A DNA stretch of 64,000 nucleotides from Antedon mediterranea (taxonomy: Eukaryota; Animalia; Echinodermata), in the NCBI RefSeq assembly GCF_964355755.1, contig NC_092672.1:29456437-29520436 (forward strand), read 5' to 3'. The stretch's first letter is position 1. Every line of letters begins with the position of its first letter. The notes under the pieces were generated by a model. That model had not been told where the DNA came from, made no database searches, and saw only the letters and a list, made by a program, of their open reading frames with translations. This document shows, in pieces, positions 52,787 to 64,000 of the stretch. Both the position numbers and the translations under genes were made by a program.

Positions 52787-55209
52787 TAAGTGTTCCTAAA
52801 AGGAAAAGAATTAAGATTAGGATGAGAGCAGTTAACAGTAGTGAAAACAAATAAACAAAATTTAGGTTACTGTAGCAAACCCTGTCCAGAATAATAAAAT
52901 CTATGTGACAATTATTTTGTGCATGAAAATGGCAGTTAAATTAAACACGCCTAAGGTGTTATTTAACGTAAAATAATTGGAGCAGACAAACTAAGTTGAT
53001 ACATGCGAACAGCTTTTTAACACTGCTGCGTGCTATCCTTGTTGCATATTTGATTATGTTAAATCATTCGCAGTTCCATGTAGGAGTTATACAGATTTAA
53101 ATCTTCACAAATGGATTATGAGATTCAGTTCTCAACTCAGATGATGTTTGGTCAGTGGAGGCTGGGCTCGTTTCTCAACCGAGATGATGTTTTTACGGTC
53201 AGTTGAGGTTGAAAGGACAAAATAGGCGACAAATAATCAAGATCTCGTATGGACATGGTTGAACGACAATCAATATTGAATATAATTCTAGATTTGTTAT
53301 TTCATACGTTGTTCCATTAATCTTTCTACGGTGAAGAATCAAAATTTAATTTGATTTCAAGTAGAATAATTTAACAATAACATGATTTTTTAGTTTCATT
53401 TTTATACAAATTTTGTATACAAAAAGTGAATAAGCATACTTTATACCAAATTTTGTTCTTGGAGGTTTTTGAACCTTCAGCATGTATAGCCTGAACCACA
53501 GTTTATTAAAATAAGTACAGTAAAAGATAATAAAACATCTATTTGCACCAAAATTATTTACTCTCACCTAAATAACCTTTTTTATTAATAGAATTATAAA
53601 ATGATATTTGCATGGACAAAATTTTCCCCTGCGTTATCAATTTTAACACCATGTAATTATTACCAGCCAGATGCATCATTAGTCTGAACATTGAGATACT
53701 GTAAGGTAAGTTCATTGGAGGTCGCACGGAGCGGTATTGTTGTGTGCGCCTTTTTGTCTTTGATCCATCGCAAAGTAAATGGCGTTAGAGCTTTTATGTT
53801 ATTAAATAAATTGAAAAATTGAAATTCTTTCAACAAATTATCCTTTCTATAATAGAGATAAATTGAAAAGAAAAAAATCAATTTTTGAAATCATGAAATT
53901 GTAGTAGAAAAAAAAATTATGTATATGTAATTAATTTTTTTTTCAAAATTTAATTTGCAAATCTGATATTCGTGATTGCTTTTGATGCAATGTGTTAATT
54001 AACACGATTTTGTAATTTTCTTCACGTCGCGTCAAACTATCCGGACAGGCGTTGACATAGAATTTGCTGACCCTTTTAAACCTAACATTGTTTTATATGA
54101 AGATAATTTTAAATTTCAGGGTTGAATTTTCTTTTTTTACTGGCCAAGCAAGCCAGTAAACCGGATTTATTACATGCCCCAAATCAATTTTACTGGCCAG
54201 CAATAGTTATAACAATCATGAAATATGAAATTTTTGGTGAAAAATTGCCTGATAGATGTGCCTGTTCTTTTCAGGCTGACCGACAGCAATTTACCGGTCA
54301 TTGGCCACTGCATCAGCTACATTACAGTATAAATAATTTTTGATAATGTTATTGTTCCCTAAAACAAATAATGGAATAGTCTAAATTGAATATTAGCCAA
54401 AATAGATTACATTAAAAAAATAATTATATCTAAGAAAAATGAGATATATTTAAACAATTTATTCATCTTGCTCTCATGTTATTAAATCTAATTGTATAAA
54501 GTTATACAGTAGATGAAAATTGAAATTAAATATTAATTTAAATTGGTTGTACTAATTGGCAGAGGAAATTAATAATTATATTTAAATTTTTCAAACAATT
54601 AAAATAGTAAACTGCATAATATACTGTAATATAAGAGTTTTACTTTAAAGCTGTGGCATAGAATTGAATGCTGCTTTAATAATACTTTGTGATAAGAAAA
54701 ATAAATGTATAAGAAAATATACATTGCAACATTCACTTTACAATAGAAATGGAATGTAATATTCAGGTTTCTATAGAGATTTAGTTTACATACAAACGTA
54801 AATTGATATATTAATAACAATATAATGAACAGGTAGTTTTAACAATTTGATCTGAGACCCAGTTTGCCATGGAAAAAAAAAATTAGAATAGGCATAACTT
54901 TTTGCGTAATCTTTGTAAAATGAGAAGTGGGTTAATGTAAAATATGGAGTAATTTAATTATTTCCCTTAAATCCTAAAAAAGACACCCGAGACATTTTGA
55001 TCTATCTTCCTAATTTAAAGATGGAGAAGACATTTTTACAAAATTGTAATGTAAGACAATATGCAGTTAAAAACAGACTTACTGTATACCATTATCTCAT
55101 TGTTAGATTTTAAAGTGGTTTTGACAGTTTGCAGTTTACATTATAATGTTGATTGCATTCATTAAATTAGTTTGGCACTCATTAGGATTCACCATTAATG
55201 ACTGATGAG

Positions 55210-55267
55210 CTGTCAATCAGGCGTCATGTGATCAGTCTAACTGTCAATCACACTCTAGACAGGAAGT
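55210..55267. promoter_or_regulatory. Motif cluster: 2x PBX-MEIS/PREP decamer, E-box, ETS
   Basis: ctgtcaatca (reverse TGATTGACAG) at 55210 and 55241, gtcatgtga at 55223, caggaagt at 55260. Confidence 0.5.
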
Positions 55268-55573
55268 TGCTTTAATATTGTTTATGTCAATTTAACAAGT
55301 GTATGATTTATAATGATAGATTTTTTTTAATAGAAATTTAATCCATGGATTATACTGTAGACATTACATTGTGTCATTTCAATGTGTCATTTTGGCTTAC
55401 CAACAATAATGATATTCTATGATTGTTACTCTACAGTATCTAAATTAGTGAAAAGTTTTTTCTAACAACTTCGTTTACGCAGACATACATCATTTATCAT
55501 AGCACTTTAGTCTATTTTGTGCCTAGCTTACCCGGATAAACCAACAATAGCCCTTGCTCTCGTGAGGAGAGCA

Positions 55574-55869
55574 ATGATACAAAAAGAAAATGATGACAGT
55601 GGTAGAACAAAGACTATTGAATGCCAGTCAGTCAGTAAGCGAAAATTACACAACAGTACAACACCACTCTCTTGCTTTGTGAATAAAACAAATAATATGC
55701 AAAATGTTATTACAGCATGTATTAAATATCTCTCGACATTTAACAACATGATACTACAGTATTATCATTTTGACATTTCGTCCAAAAATTGTAGAACTAA
55801 ATATCATGGTAATTTCAGTACAACAAGGGAAGAATTATATTTGTTAGAATTGAGGGGTCCAATATACAG
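55574..55869 (+). CDS. Weak candidate alternative first exon (phase-2 donor)
   Basis: 98 open codons MIQKENDD...LRGPIY ending AG|gtagcc, the same phase as exon 6. A motif cluster lies about 300 bp upstream. The donor is weak and there is no homology evidence. Confidence 0.25.
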
Positions 55870-57214
55870 GTAGCCAGTGTTCTTTAATTAAAATATACTT
55901 TTCTATCTAGACATTAATTCAACATTGCATGATTTGTCAAAGATAAAATTACTAGATTCGCAAAATGTCCACTTTACAGTTATTTACTTTGATTTATTGC
56001 GGAGAATCACCACAATTCAAGATTTTTTTTCTGGAGGAAAAATACATTCAAGTGAGTTGGCATCAGTAAAACATGTTCTCTGTTAGGCTATGATAATTTC
56101 TAGGCACTCGCATTTTGCACTCAGTTGGGAGCCCGGATGTGGTTTCTAAGGGCATGTTCTATCCAAATATTTTCAACAATCACATTGTGTGAGGCCTAGA
56201 GTAGACATGTTTCTGATTTGGATGGTGAGAAACTAGTTTTGATTTATTTGTCTAGTTAAATTATAAATTTGCGAACATAATCTGTAAATGTTAAGATGTT
56301 ATTGTTATACATTTGTTTTTTTAATTTGTTGACATTTTTTGTTTTTTTATGACAACTACAGTAATGTTGTACTGTTATACTGAACTTTTGATTTTCATTT
56401 CCCAGAAATGTTTCACTGAAAAAGTCATAATGATCATTTTGAAATTATGACATATTCACTTATTTCCATTCTTTCTAATGGTTTTTTACCTCATTTTATG
56501 CTTTATCTAAATTATGTTGTTCTACTTTCAAACCATTAAACTATAATCATAATGCACTTCTTTAGATAAAATTGTTTTATAATTGAATGAATTATATTCC
56601 CCCATGATTTTATCCCCTACCATATATAATTATTAAGTACTGTATATTGAATGTTTTATCTCTTTTTGAATGTACTATGTGTACTATTTTATCCTTGAGT
56701 CCTAAAATTGATTTTGACATTACAATTTCTGGATGTAGGTCTAGGGTGCAAGTTCAATAAGAAGAAGAATTTTTAGATTATAAATTTAATCTACTTTGCA
56801 GTTTAGTTAACTAAGCCTAGCATCTGATTTATTGATAATGTATGGGACAACCCAACCATAATATTGAATTTAATGAATATTACCATTCCTTTTGTTTGTT
56901 CAATTAGTTTGGTAGAACATGGAATTTTGAGATTTACTTAATACTGTACAGACTTGAGCAAATCTGATTAGAAGTTCGAATTTATGTTTTTTGAACTTTA
57001 AAATAGTTGTAAAATAATTGCCATAACATGTGTGCAACTGAACAGCAAATGTCATTTTTTATATTTTTTAAAGAAAAAAATGTACAATGTTTTTTTAATG
57101 TTTCATATTAATGATGATCCAAATGTCATTAACTACGAGAAATTAAAAAAATTTAATTTAATTTCATTATACATTTTAGGGTAAATTCATGGAAAGTCTG
57201 TTTTTCAGCAGCTT

Positions 57215-58262
57215 AGGGAAGCTCATTAATATTCATGAGATATTCACAAAATCACGTCATCAGTGGATTCCAAACTCGCGACGTCAAGCTTGTACGTTGT
57301 GTTCTCTCTCCCCTGTCAAACGACGACCACCCGATCATTATGAAATACATTTTTTGTAGATTTTCTAAGCTGGGCCTAAAGTGTAGCATATATTTATTTG
57401 ACATTTAATGAAATACCTGTACAAAATTTAGTACAGATTACGGAGTCATAAATTATACTATTTTTATACCTCGAATAGTACAGATTGTATATCGGCTTCA
57501 CGTACTAGGCTAGGCCTAGCCTAAATCATTTTATTCATGGGTGAGAGACATTTCTGACTAGGGATTCCATGCCACGATGGCTACGTTAAAACATTGGGGC
57601 CATCATGGGCCTAGCTAGCCTACTACTAAACGATTGGCCCTTAAATAACAAAACTCAGTGGATTCCAAACCCATCCTATCAACCAAACTCCTAAACAATC
57701 TAAACCTAAAACGTTCTACAAAATCGGCTGTAAATATTGAGGCAAAACAAGGTCCGATCGCCGTCTGCACGTATGGTGTCCCGATCTTCTAATTAATAAG
57801 TAGGCCTAAAATAGGCCTAGGCCTAGTTTACTCTCCAAAAAAGCAGATACTGCATCAAGCAAGTAGACCTCCTAGCCGATCCGGCCCAGTTAAAAATTGA
57901 GCTAGCTAGTGTAGTAGACCCTATGCGAATTGATACTACCAGGCCTTTTACTATAGGCTACACTTGTTAAAATTAGCAATACTTATGTTTATACAAATAT
58001 TCCAACTCTTTCATTCGAGCTATATTATCTATACCATTCCGGTAGGTCGAGTCGACCTTCAATCAAATACTGTACATCGTTCATGTTGTGATTATAGACG
58101 GGGTATACTCGACCCGACCAGTTTGGTATTGTATACTGTATCTGCTTATCACGTGACGATGCCAGGCATGGGGCAGAGAGAGCACGTGTATCATCGTCTC
58201 GCTCTCCTCGCTCAGCAGGAATGTATACGTTACGCTTCATTGATTTTGAAGGCTTTCCCTAA
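57215..58262. mobile_element. Probable non-autonomous TIR element, possibly nested in an older one (~57177-58460)
   Basis: tagggaagc / gctttcccta short inverted ends, CpG-rich interior, internal repeat cagtggattccaaac twice. Confidence 0.45.
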
Positions 58263-59867
58263 GTCAGTGCGAAAATCGGCAAACGTAAAGTGCAAACCTA
58301 TCTAATTTGTCACTGTTTTGATGGATTTTCATAGAAAATTGACTTTATAAATGGGAAGACCGACTAAAATTACATCAGATAAGTATAATTTTACAAAAGT
58401 AATTGATATGGTTAATGATAACGAGTCGTCGGAAGATTGACCATTTCACGAATTTCCTATTCTGTAACGACAGTGTGATTTTGCTGTAGCTGCACTTGTA
58501 ATCTGGCCTCATTTCACAGCCTTCGTTCTGCTTCACTGGACGCTTTATATAAATTGAAAATTTTACCGTTCAAGAGACAAACAAATATATTTTACATTTT
58601 TTACTATTCATTTTAAACCCGGAACCCCCCTTTAAAATTAGTTATAAAGTTTGATATTGATTGTTGTTGTTGTTGACAAAAAAAGTGTGACACTTTTTTT
58701 GTCAACCTAGTTTGTTAGTGTAGACAGAGTTTTAGTTTTGTCTACTTATTAACTTTTTTTCCACATCTGGAAATCATAAAGATTTGATTTTACAAAGTAA
58801 ACTAAGTGATTATTTAATCATTTGGTCTGGTAAATAAAAGCTCTGCCCGAGATCTACCTTTTCAGAAGATTCTAGAATCAGGTTAAATGATGTCTGGAAC
58901 TTTTAAATGTAATGTTTTTTTTAATGAATCCTTCCCTGGTTTCATGGAATTTGATAAAGTGATCAAGAACTAATCCAATACTCATTAATTCTGAGATTTA
59001 TTGTGATACTTGTTTTACAAATAATGATTTTAAAAAGTCGGTCAAGCTTTCTTACTATGGCCATCGATCACTCTTTATGTTATTTCATATTTGAATCATT
59101 GAACAAACATTAAATCTATATTAAAATATCGTAAAATGCTAGCTATGTCCTCAACTACAGTGTTTCTATAATCGCTAACTGTACTGTAGGTGCAAAAGCA
59201 TTTGGTAACGCATTTCTGTCATTAAACACCAGAGTTGTTGGTGCTGACATCATAATCATCCAACAAACATCTGCTGCCTCAATTCTGAGAGTTCGTAGTA
59301 AACATGCTCACGTACAGAACAGTAGTGTCTTCTGTTTTGTCATATTTTGTGGCACACATTAGTTTGGTTACAGCAATTACACAAAAACTAACATTTTACA
59401 AAACACCACATAAAAATAAATGCAATTTGGAATTATCATTTTGGTTTGAATAGTCCCGTATATATGACCCATTGAAGCAAAAAGCTAAAATTTGGGCTAA
59501 ATATACATCAGACTTTTGTCAGGTGCTTTGAAGAAATTTGAGTATAATCCCACCCAAAAATAGGACTTTATTCAGTATATAATTGCAACTGCCAATAACA
59601 TGCCTGTTTGTTTGTTGAGGAAACATAGAGGGTGCTATAACGGTATGGTTGCAAATTAAACATAATTATCGTAGAAGTGACAATTTTGTACTATTGTAGT
59701 AGAATTAATTGAAAAGGTTTTTAATTACATGAAAGATGTTGACATGTGACGTGTGTTTACATTACAGTACATTGCAATATAAAAAGCAAAACTATATTTT
59801 TTATAGCAACACTTTAACATATAGGAAATGGAGTGGAGAGGTGAGTGTGGGGGGGGGGGGGGCTGTT

Positions 59868-60005
59868 AAAAGGTAAAGGTATTTATATTTGTCCTCAAGC
59901 TTAACTGGAAACTGAGGAAATTCGAATTATGCCCTCAACGGACCCACGGCAGCCAGCAGTGCAGCGCTTACCAGATCAGCACACCGGGAGACGATCCCCT
60001 ACTCT
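59868..60005 (-). mobile_element. 3' part of a second Deu/Nin-type SINE
   Basis: Reverse strand reads agagtagggga..tcccggtgt... and ends in an acctttaccttt tail. Confidence 0.6.
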
Positions 60006-60491
60006 ATTTTTAAAATATGATACTAAATTTTTGTGTCTTTAAAAAACTATAACCATGTCCCTTTAATAATTAGATTAATATTTTTAAACCTGAATGATTT
60101 TGATTACTTTAAAACGATGTGGTAGAATTGATAGTTACATGATATAATTTAAATATAAAGGACTCGATAATAATAAAGATGTCCTATTTTTAAATGACGT
60201 CATTATTATTCAATATGCAGCAGTGATGAGGCTTTAATACTATGCTTAGCCTGTTCTTGACCCAAGTTTGAATACATTTTATAATGAGATAGTCGTCGCT
60301 GTCTAATCCATTGTTTATTTGGAGGGCTGGTTTAAGAGTGAATTCATCTATCGCACAAGAGTTGACAGATTTCAGTTTTAACACTGATGTTTCTTTGAAA
60401 TTCTCTTCACGTTTTCGTAATTAACAATCAAATTCGACGTTTATTAATTGTCAGGTAGGACTGAATTGCATTAGCATTTTCCGTTTGGCAA

Positions 60492-60505
60492 GTTTCCATG
60501 GCAAC
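60492..60505. promoter_or_regulatory. RFX X-box
   Basis: GTTTCCATGGCAAC matches the GTTNCCATGGNAAC consensus exactly; function untested. Confidence 0.55.
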
Positions 60506-60774
60506 GATGAATTTTACGATGACATATTCGTTTATAGAATTGAGTAGTTTGTAGTTAATAAGAAAGGCATATTTAGCTACTGTATATCTGCTTTGTGCGT
60601 ATTTAGTATTTTGATACTGGTTTCAAATTTGTGTCTTATTTGCCAGTGATATGACAAATAATAATTGTAAAACAGTACAGTAGTTCTACTTAGTGTAATT
60701 TAATTAAAAATTGGTTAATAATAATTTTACTGCTGAGCTTCTTTATTAAAACTTTCTACTTTCTTGAAACGATT

Positions 60775-61450
60775 CAGAGAGTCCAGTTCAGGTGAGTTTT
60801 TTTGGTATTCAAAGAGTTTACAGTAGTTTTGAGAGAGTTGTTGATCTGGTTTTGAAATTATTGATGTATTCAAGGAGTCTAGTTAAAGTAAGTTGTTGGT
60901 ATTTAGATACTCCACTTTAAGGCAAGTTGTTTGTATTTAGAGAGTCTACAGTACTTTCGGGCAAGTTGTTGGTATTCAAACAGTCCACTTTAAGGCAAGT
61001 TGTTTGTATTTAGAGAGTCTACAGTACTTTCGGGCAAGTTGTTGGTATTCAAACAGTCCACTTTAAGGCAAGTTGTTTGTATTTAGAGAGTCTACAGTAC
61101 TTTCGGGCAAGTTGTTGGTATTTAAACAGTCCACTTTAAAGCAAGTTGTTTGTATTTAGAGAGTCTACAGTACTTTCGGGCAAGTTGTTGGTATTTAGAG
61201 AGTCAACTTTCGGGTAAGTTGTTGGTATTAGAGAGTCCACTTTCGGGTAAATTGTTGGTATTTAGAGAGTCAACTTTCGGGTAAGTTGTTGGTATTTAGA
61301 GAGTCCACTTTCGGGTACTGTAAGTTGTAGGTATTTAGAGAGTCCACTTTAGGGCAAGTTGTTGGTACAGGTATTTAGAGAGTCCACTTTTGGGTAGTTG
61401 TTGGTATTTGGAGAGTCCACTTTAGGGCAAGTTGTTGGTATTTAAAGAGT
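60775..61450 (+). repeat. ~33-37-bp minisatellite
   Basis: gcaagttgttggtatttagagagtccactttcgg units, with a 70-bp dimer repeated about 4 times. Confidence 0.92.
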
Positions 61451-61997
61451 GTACAGTATGATCGAGTTTCTATTTCATTTAAAAACAACTACAGTAGTCA
61501 GATGTCCGTTACGCTGTATATGAACCATGAGTTAAGTTTACTGAACCTAAATCTCCACCCTTTGACTAAAGATGTTTGTTTAGGATCCGTTCTTCACACC
61601 TCTAGAAGTACCCTCTATTCACAGCAATTTAATGTTTATTTACTGTCAATATTTAAAGCACGATGTTCCAACATTGATTATTTGAAGTGTTAAAGACACC
61701 ACACTATTAAACATTTTTTTAAAACATTGTTAAATTCATTTTTAAGGTATACCATTTAATAAGATGGTATCACTGATTAAATAAAATAAGTCTTGATTTC
61801 AGTGGCTTTTACTGCTGTTAATCCCCGAATTGGGTCATCTTATTTATTCATATTTTTCTTTTTTTCCCCTGAATACAGTACGTTCTCATTTTCTGGCGAA
61901 GATGCTAAATATTATTATTAATTTAGTAGTTTGTAATTATATTTAAGCATATTTAATTTTTTTTCAACTATTCGAAGTACTGTACAGTATTTCATTC

Positions 61998-62400
61998 AAT
62001 AGATCTATTAAAGGGACACCTACACTTTGTTGGGTCCTGGAGTTGTCCCCTGATTAGATCTATTAAAGGGACACCTACACTTTGTTGGGTCCTGGAGGTG
62101 TCCCCTCAATAGATCTATTAAAGGGACACCTACACTTTGTTGGGTCCTGGAGGTGTCCCCTCAATAGATCTATTAAAGGGACACCTATACTTTGTTGGGT
62201 CCTGGAGGTGTCCCTTCAATAGGTCTATTAAAGGGACACCTACACTTTGTTAGGTCCTGGAGGTGTCCCCTCAATAGATCTATTAAAGGGACACCTACAC
62301 TTTGTTGGGTCCTGGAGGTGTCCCCTCAATAGATCTATTAATGGGACACCTACAATTTGTTGGGTCCTGGAGGTTTCCCTTCAATAGAGATTCTACAGTG
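61998..62400 (+). repeat. 55-bp minisatellite (~7 copies) ending in a MITE-like terminus
   Basis: aatagatctattaaagggacacctacactttgttgggtcctggaggtgtcccctc; the array ends ..caatagagattctacag. Confidence 0.93.
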
Positions 62401-64000
62401 CTTTAAATTCCCTCTCATAAATATACACTACTATGTAAACCTTTGCAAATACAATGACAATTTATTGCGAGTTTTGATTATTTTTACAGTAACAGTAAGC
62501 ATGCAGTTTGTTATATTCACTTTGTTAACAGTCAGTAAATTAAGTATGTTTGCCTTTTGAAGTATTTTTATATTGAATGCATTTCTTTCGTATTTCTCGT
62601 ACATCTTCATAAATCCAATGCAGATATAATTCACCGTTGATTTTAAAAGTGTGTCACTTGCCTAAACACCCTACATCTAACAATGAAGTTCTGCGGTTTT
62701 TACCAATCTTAAAAGAACACATACAAGAATTGTATTGTAAACAGAAAAACATACAATAACACAATGAGTAACTTAGGGGGTTCGAGTACAATATATACAA
62801 TCAGACAATAAATAACTTAAGGGTTTGACTACAACCAACATGCTTAGAATAAATACTGAGTAAAAGATCTATTATAGCCTAGGCTTGTGTTTCTCCCAGG
62901 AGAGAAGTTCAGGCTAGCCCTGAGGTGATACTTGACTTGATGGTGCCTGATGCACTGGGTGAAAAGCTGCAGTACAACATCTAGGCTTATCCTACCCTAG
63001 GGGGATGCATTGCAACTATTTGTAAATTGCATTAATGTAATACAAAAATATCTCTAGTCTTTTTGTTATACTGTATCATGGCACCGAAGTTTAGTACTGT
63101 CTGTAAATAAAGTTGAGATGAATTGTTAAGCTTAGTTTTTTAAATAGCATTTGAATAAAACCAAAACTATACTGTAAGTAAAGTTTAATATCAACTTTGA
63201 AAAAGAAACCATCAATAGATGCAACATAATGGTGGTTGTTTGGTTGCCAAATAGAACTACATGCACACTGGTGTTTATACTGTATATAGTTCAAGGGAAG
63301 ATCTGTTTGATTTTTAAAGAAGGGACTCTTTTTGCCCAGAAATGATTTGTCACAAAAACACCCATCACATTTCTTTGTCACATAAAGTTTGGAAGAGCTT
63401 AACACATCATCCATAGTCTTTGTTTTGAAGCACCACAGTACTGACCTAGGTTTTGAAGAAAACCATTTGGGAGATTTTTCATGCCATTAAAACTATAAAT
63501 GCAGGACCTTTTGTTTTGTATCATTTTCTCCCATAAAAAATCAGCTAATTGTTGATCGATATGAAAGTGATTAGACACCTACTATAGCCATACAGTAGTT
63601 TTCTAAACCTATATATTTATTTTCCTATCCAATTTTATTCTCCATCTGAAATCGTTCTCTAATGGATCCTCTAAACAGATGATAGCCAAAGGGATGAACA
63701 ACTTATGTTTTCTTTAAGTTAAGTCTGGTTGAGTGACATGTGACAGTCTCAGGCCATGTGACATGCATCTCGGAGGTCACATATAGTTACACTATTTCAA
63801 GAATGTTTATATTACATGATATGATAGTTAAATCTATAGAATTATGATTATAATATTATTTAATTTTCCTCTTGAAATATATATAGTACAGTATAATGTT
63901 TCTGTTTTAAACTGATTGGTTTAAGAAACGCCGTGACCAAAATTAAATAACATTGGGACACCCCTATTAATGGAACACTGTTTAGGTTTCGAAGGTGTCC

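Noticed and set aside
53665-53711. Consensus donor AAG|gtaagt
   Set aside because: Upstream acceptors give in-frame stops and no Dvl-like peptide.

Overview
AT-rich eukaryotic (invertebrate) genomic DNA. The window holds the 5' part of a Dishevelled (Dvl/Dsh) gene on the + strand. Six spliced coding exons total 578 nt (ATG at 2993, last visible exon ends at 50793). They encode the DIX domain and the basic/Ser-Thr-rich linker; I found no PDZ or DEP exons before the window ends. The DIX peptide and a Deu/Nin-type SINE suggest an invertebrate deuterostome, possibly an echinoderm (inference). The 7-13 kb introns are full of non-autonomous DNA transposons (PIF/Harbinger-, Tc1/pogo-, hAT-, Kolobok-, Merlin- and Sola-like), SINE/LINE fragments and minisatellites, several of which appear to be amplified transposon ends. 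Most ORF-track entries are chance ORFs. The most notable signals are: (1) a candidate internal first exon (MGNVEF...GCFC, 42647-42788) that splices in frame to exon 6 and would give a DIX-less, possibly lipid-anchored Dishevelled; (2) pervasive 5-bp TA>TACAGTA/TACTGTA insertions matching Tc1/mariner excision footprints, shown by comparing repeat copies; (3) satellites grown from transposon termini; (4) RFX X-boxes and a PBX/MEIS-E-box-ETS cluster. All coordinates and alignments were read by eye; no searches were run.
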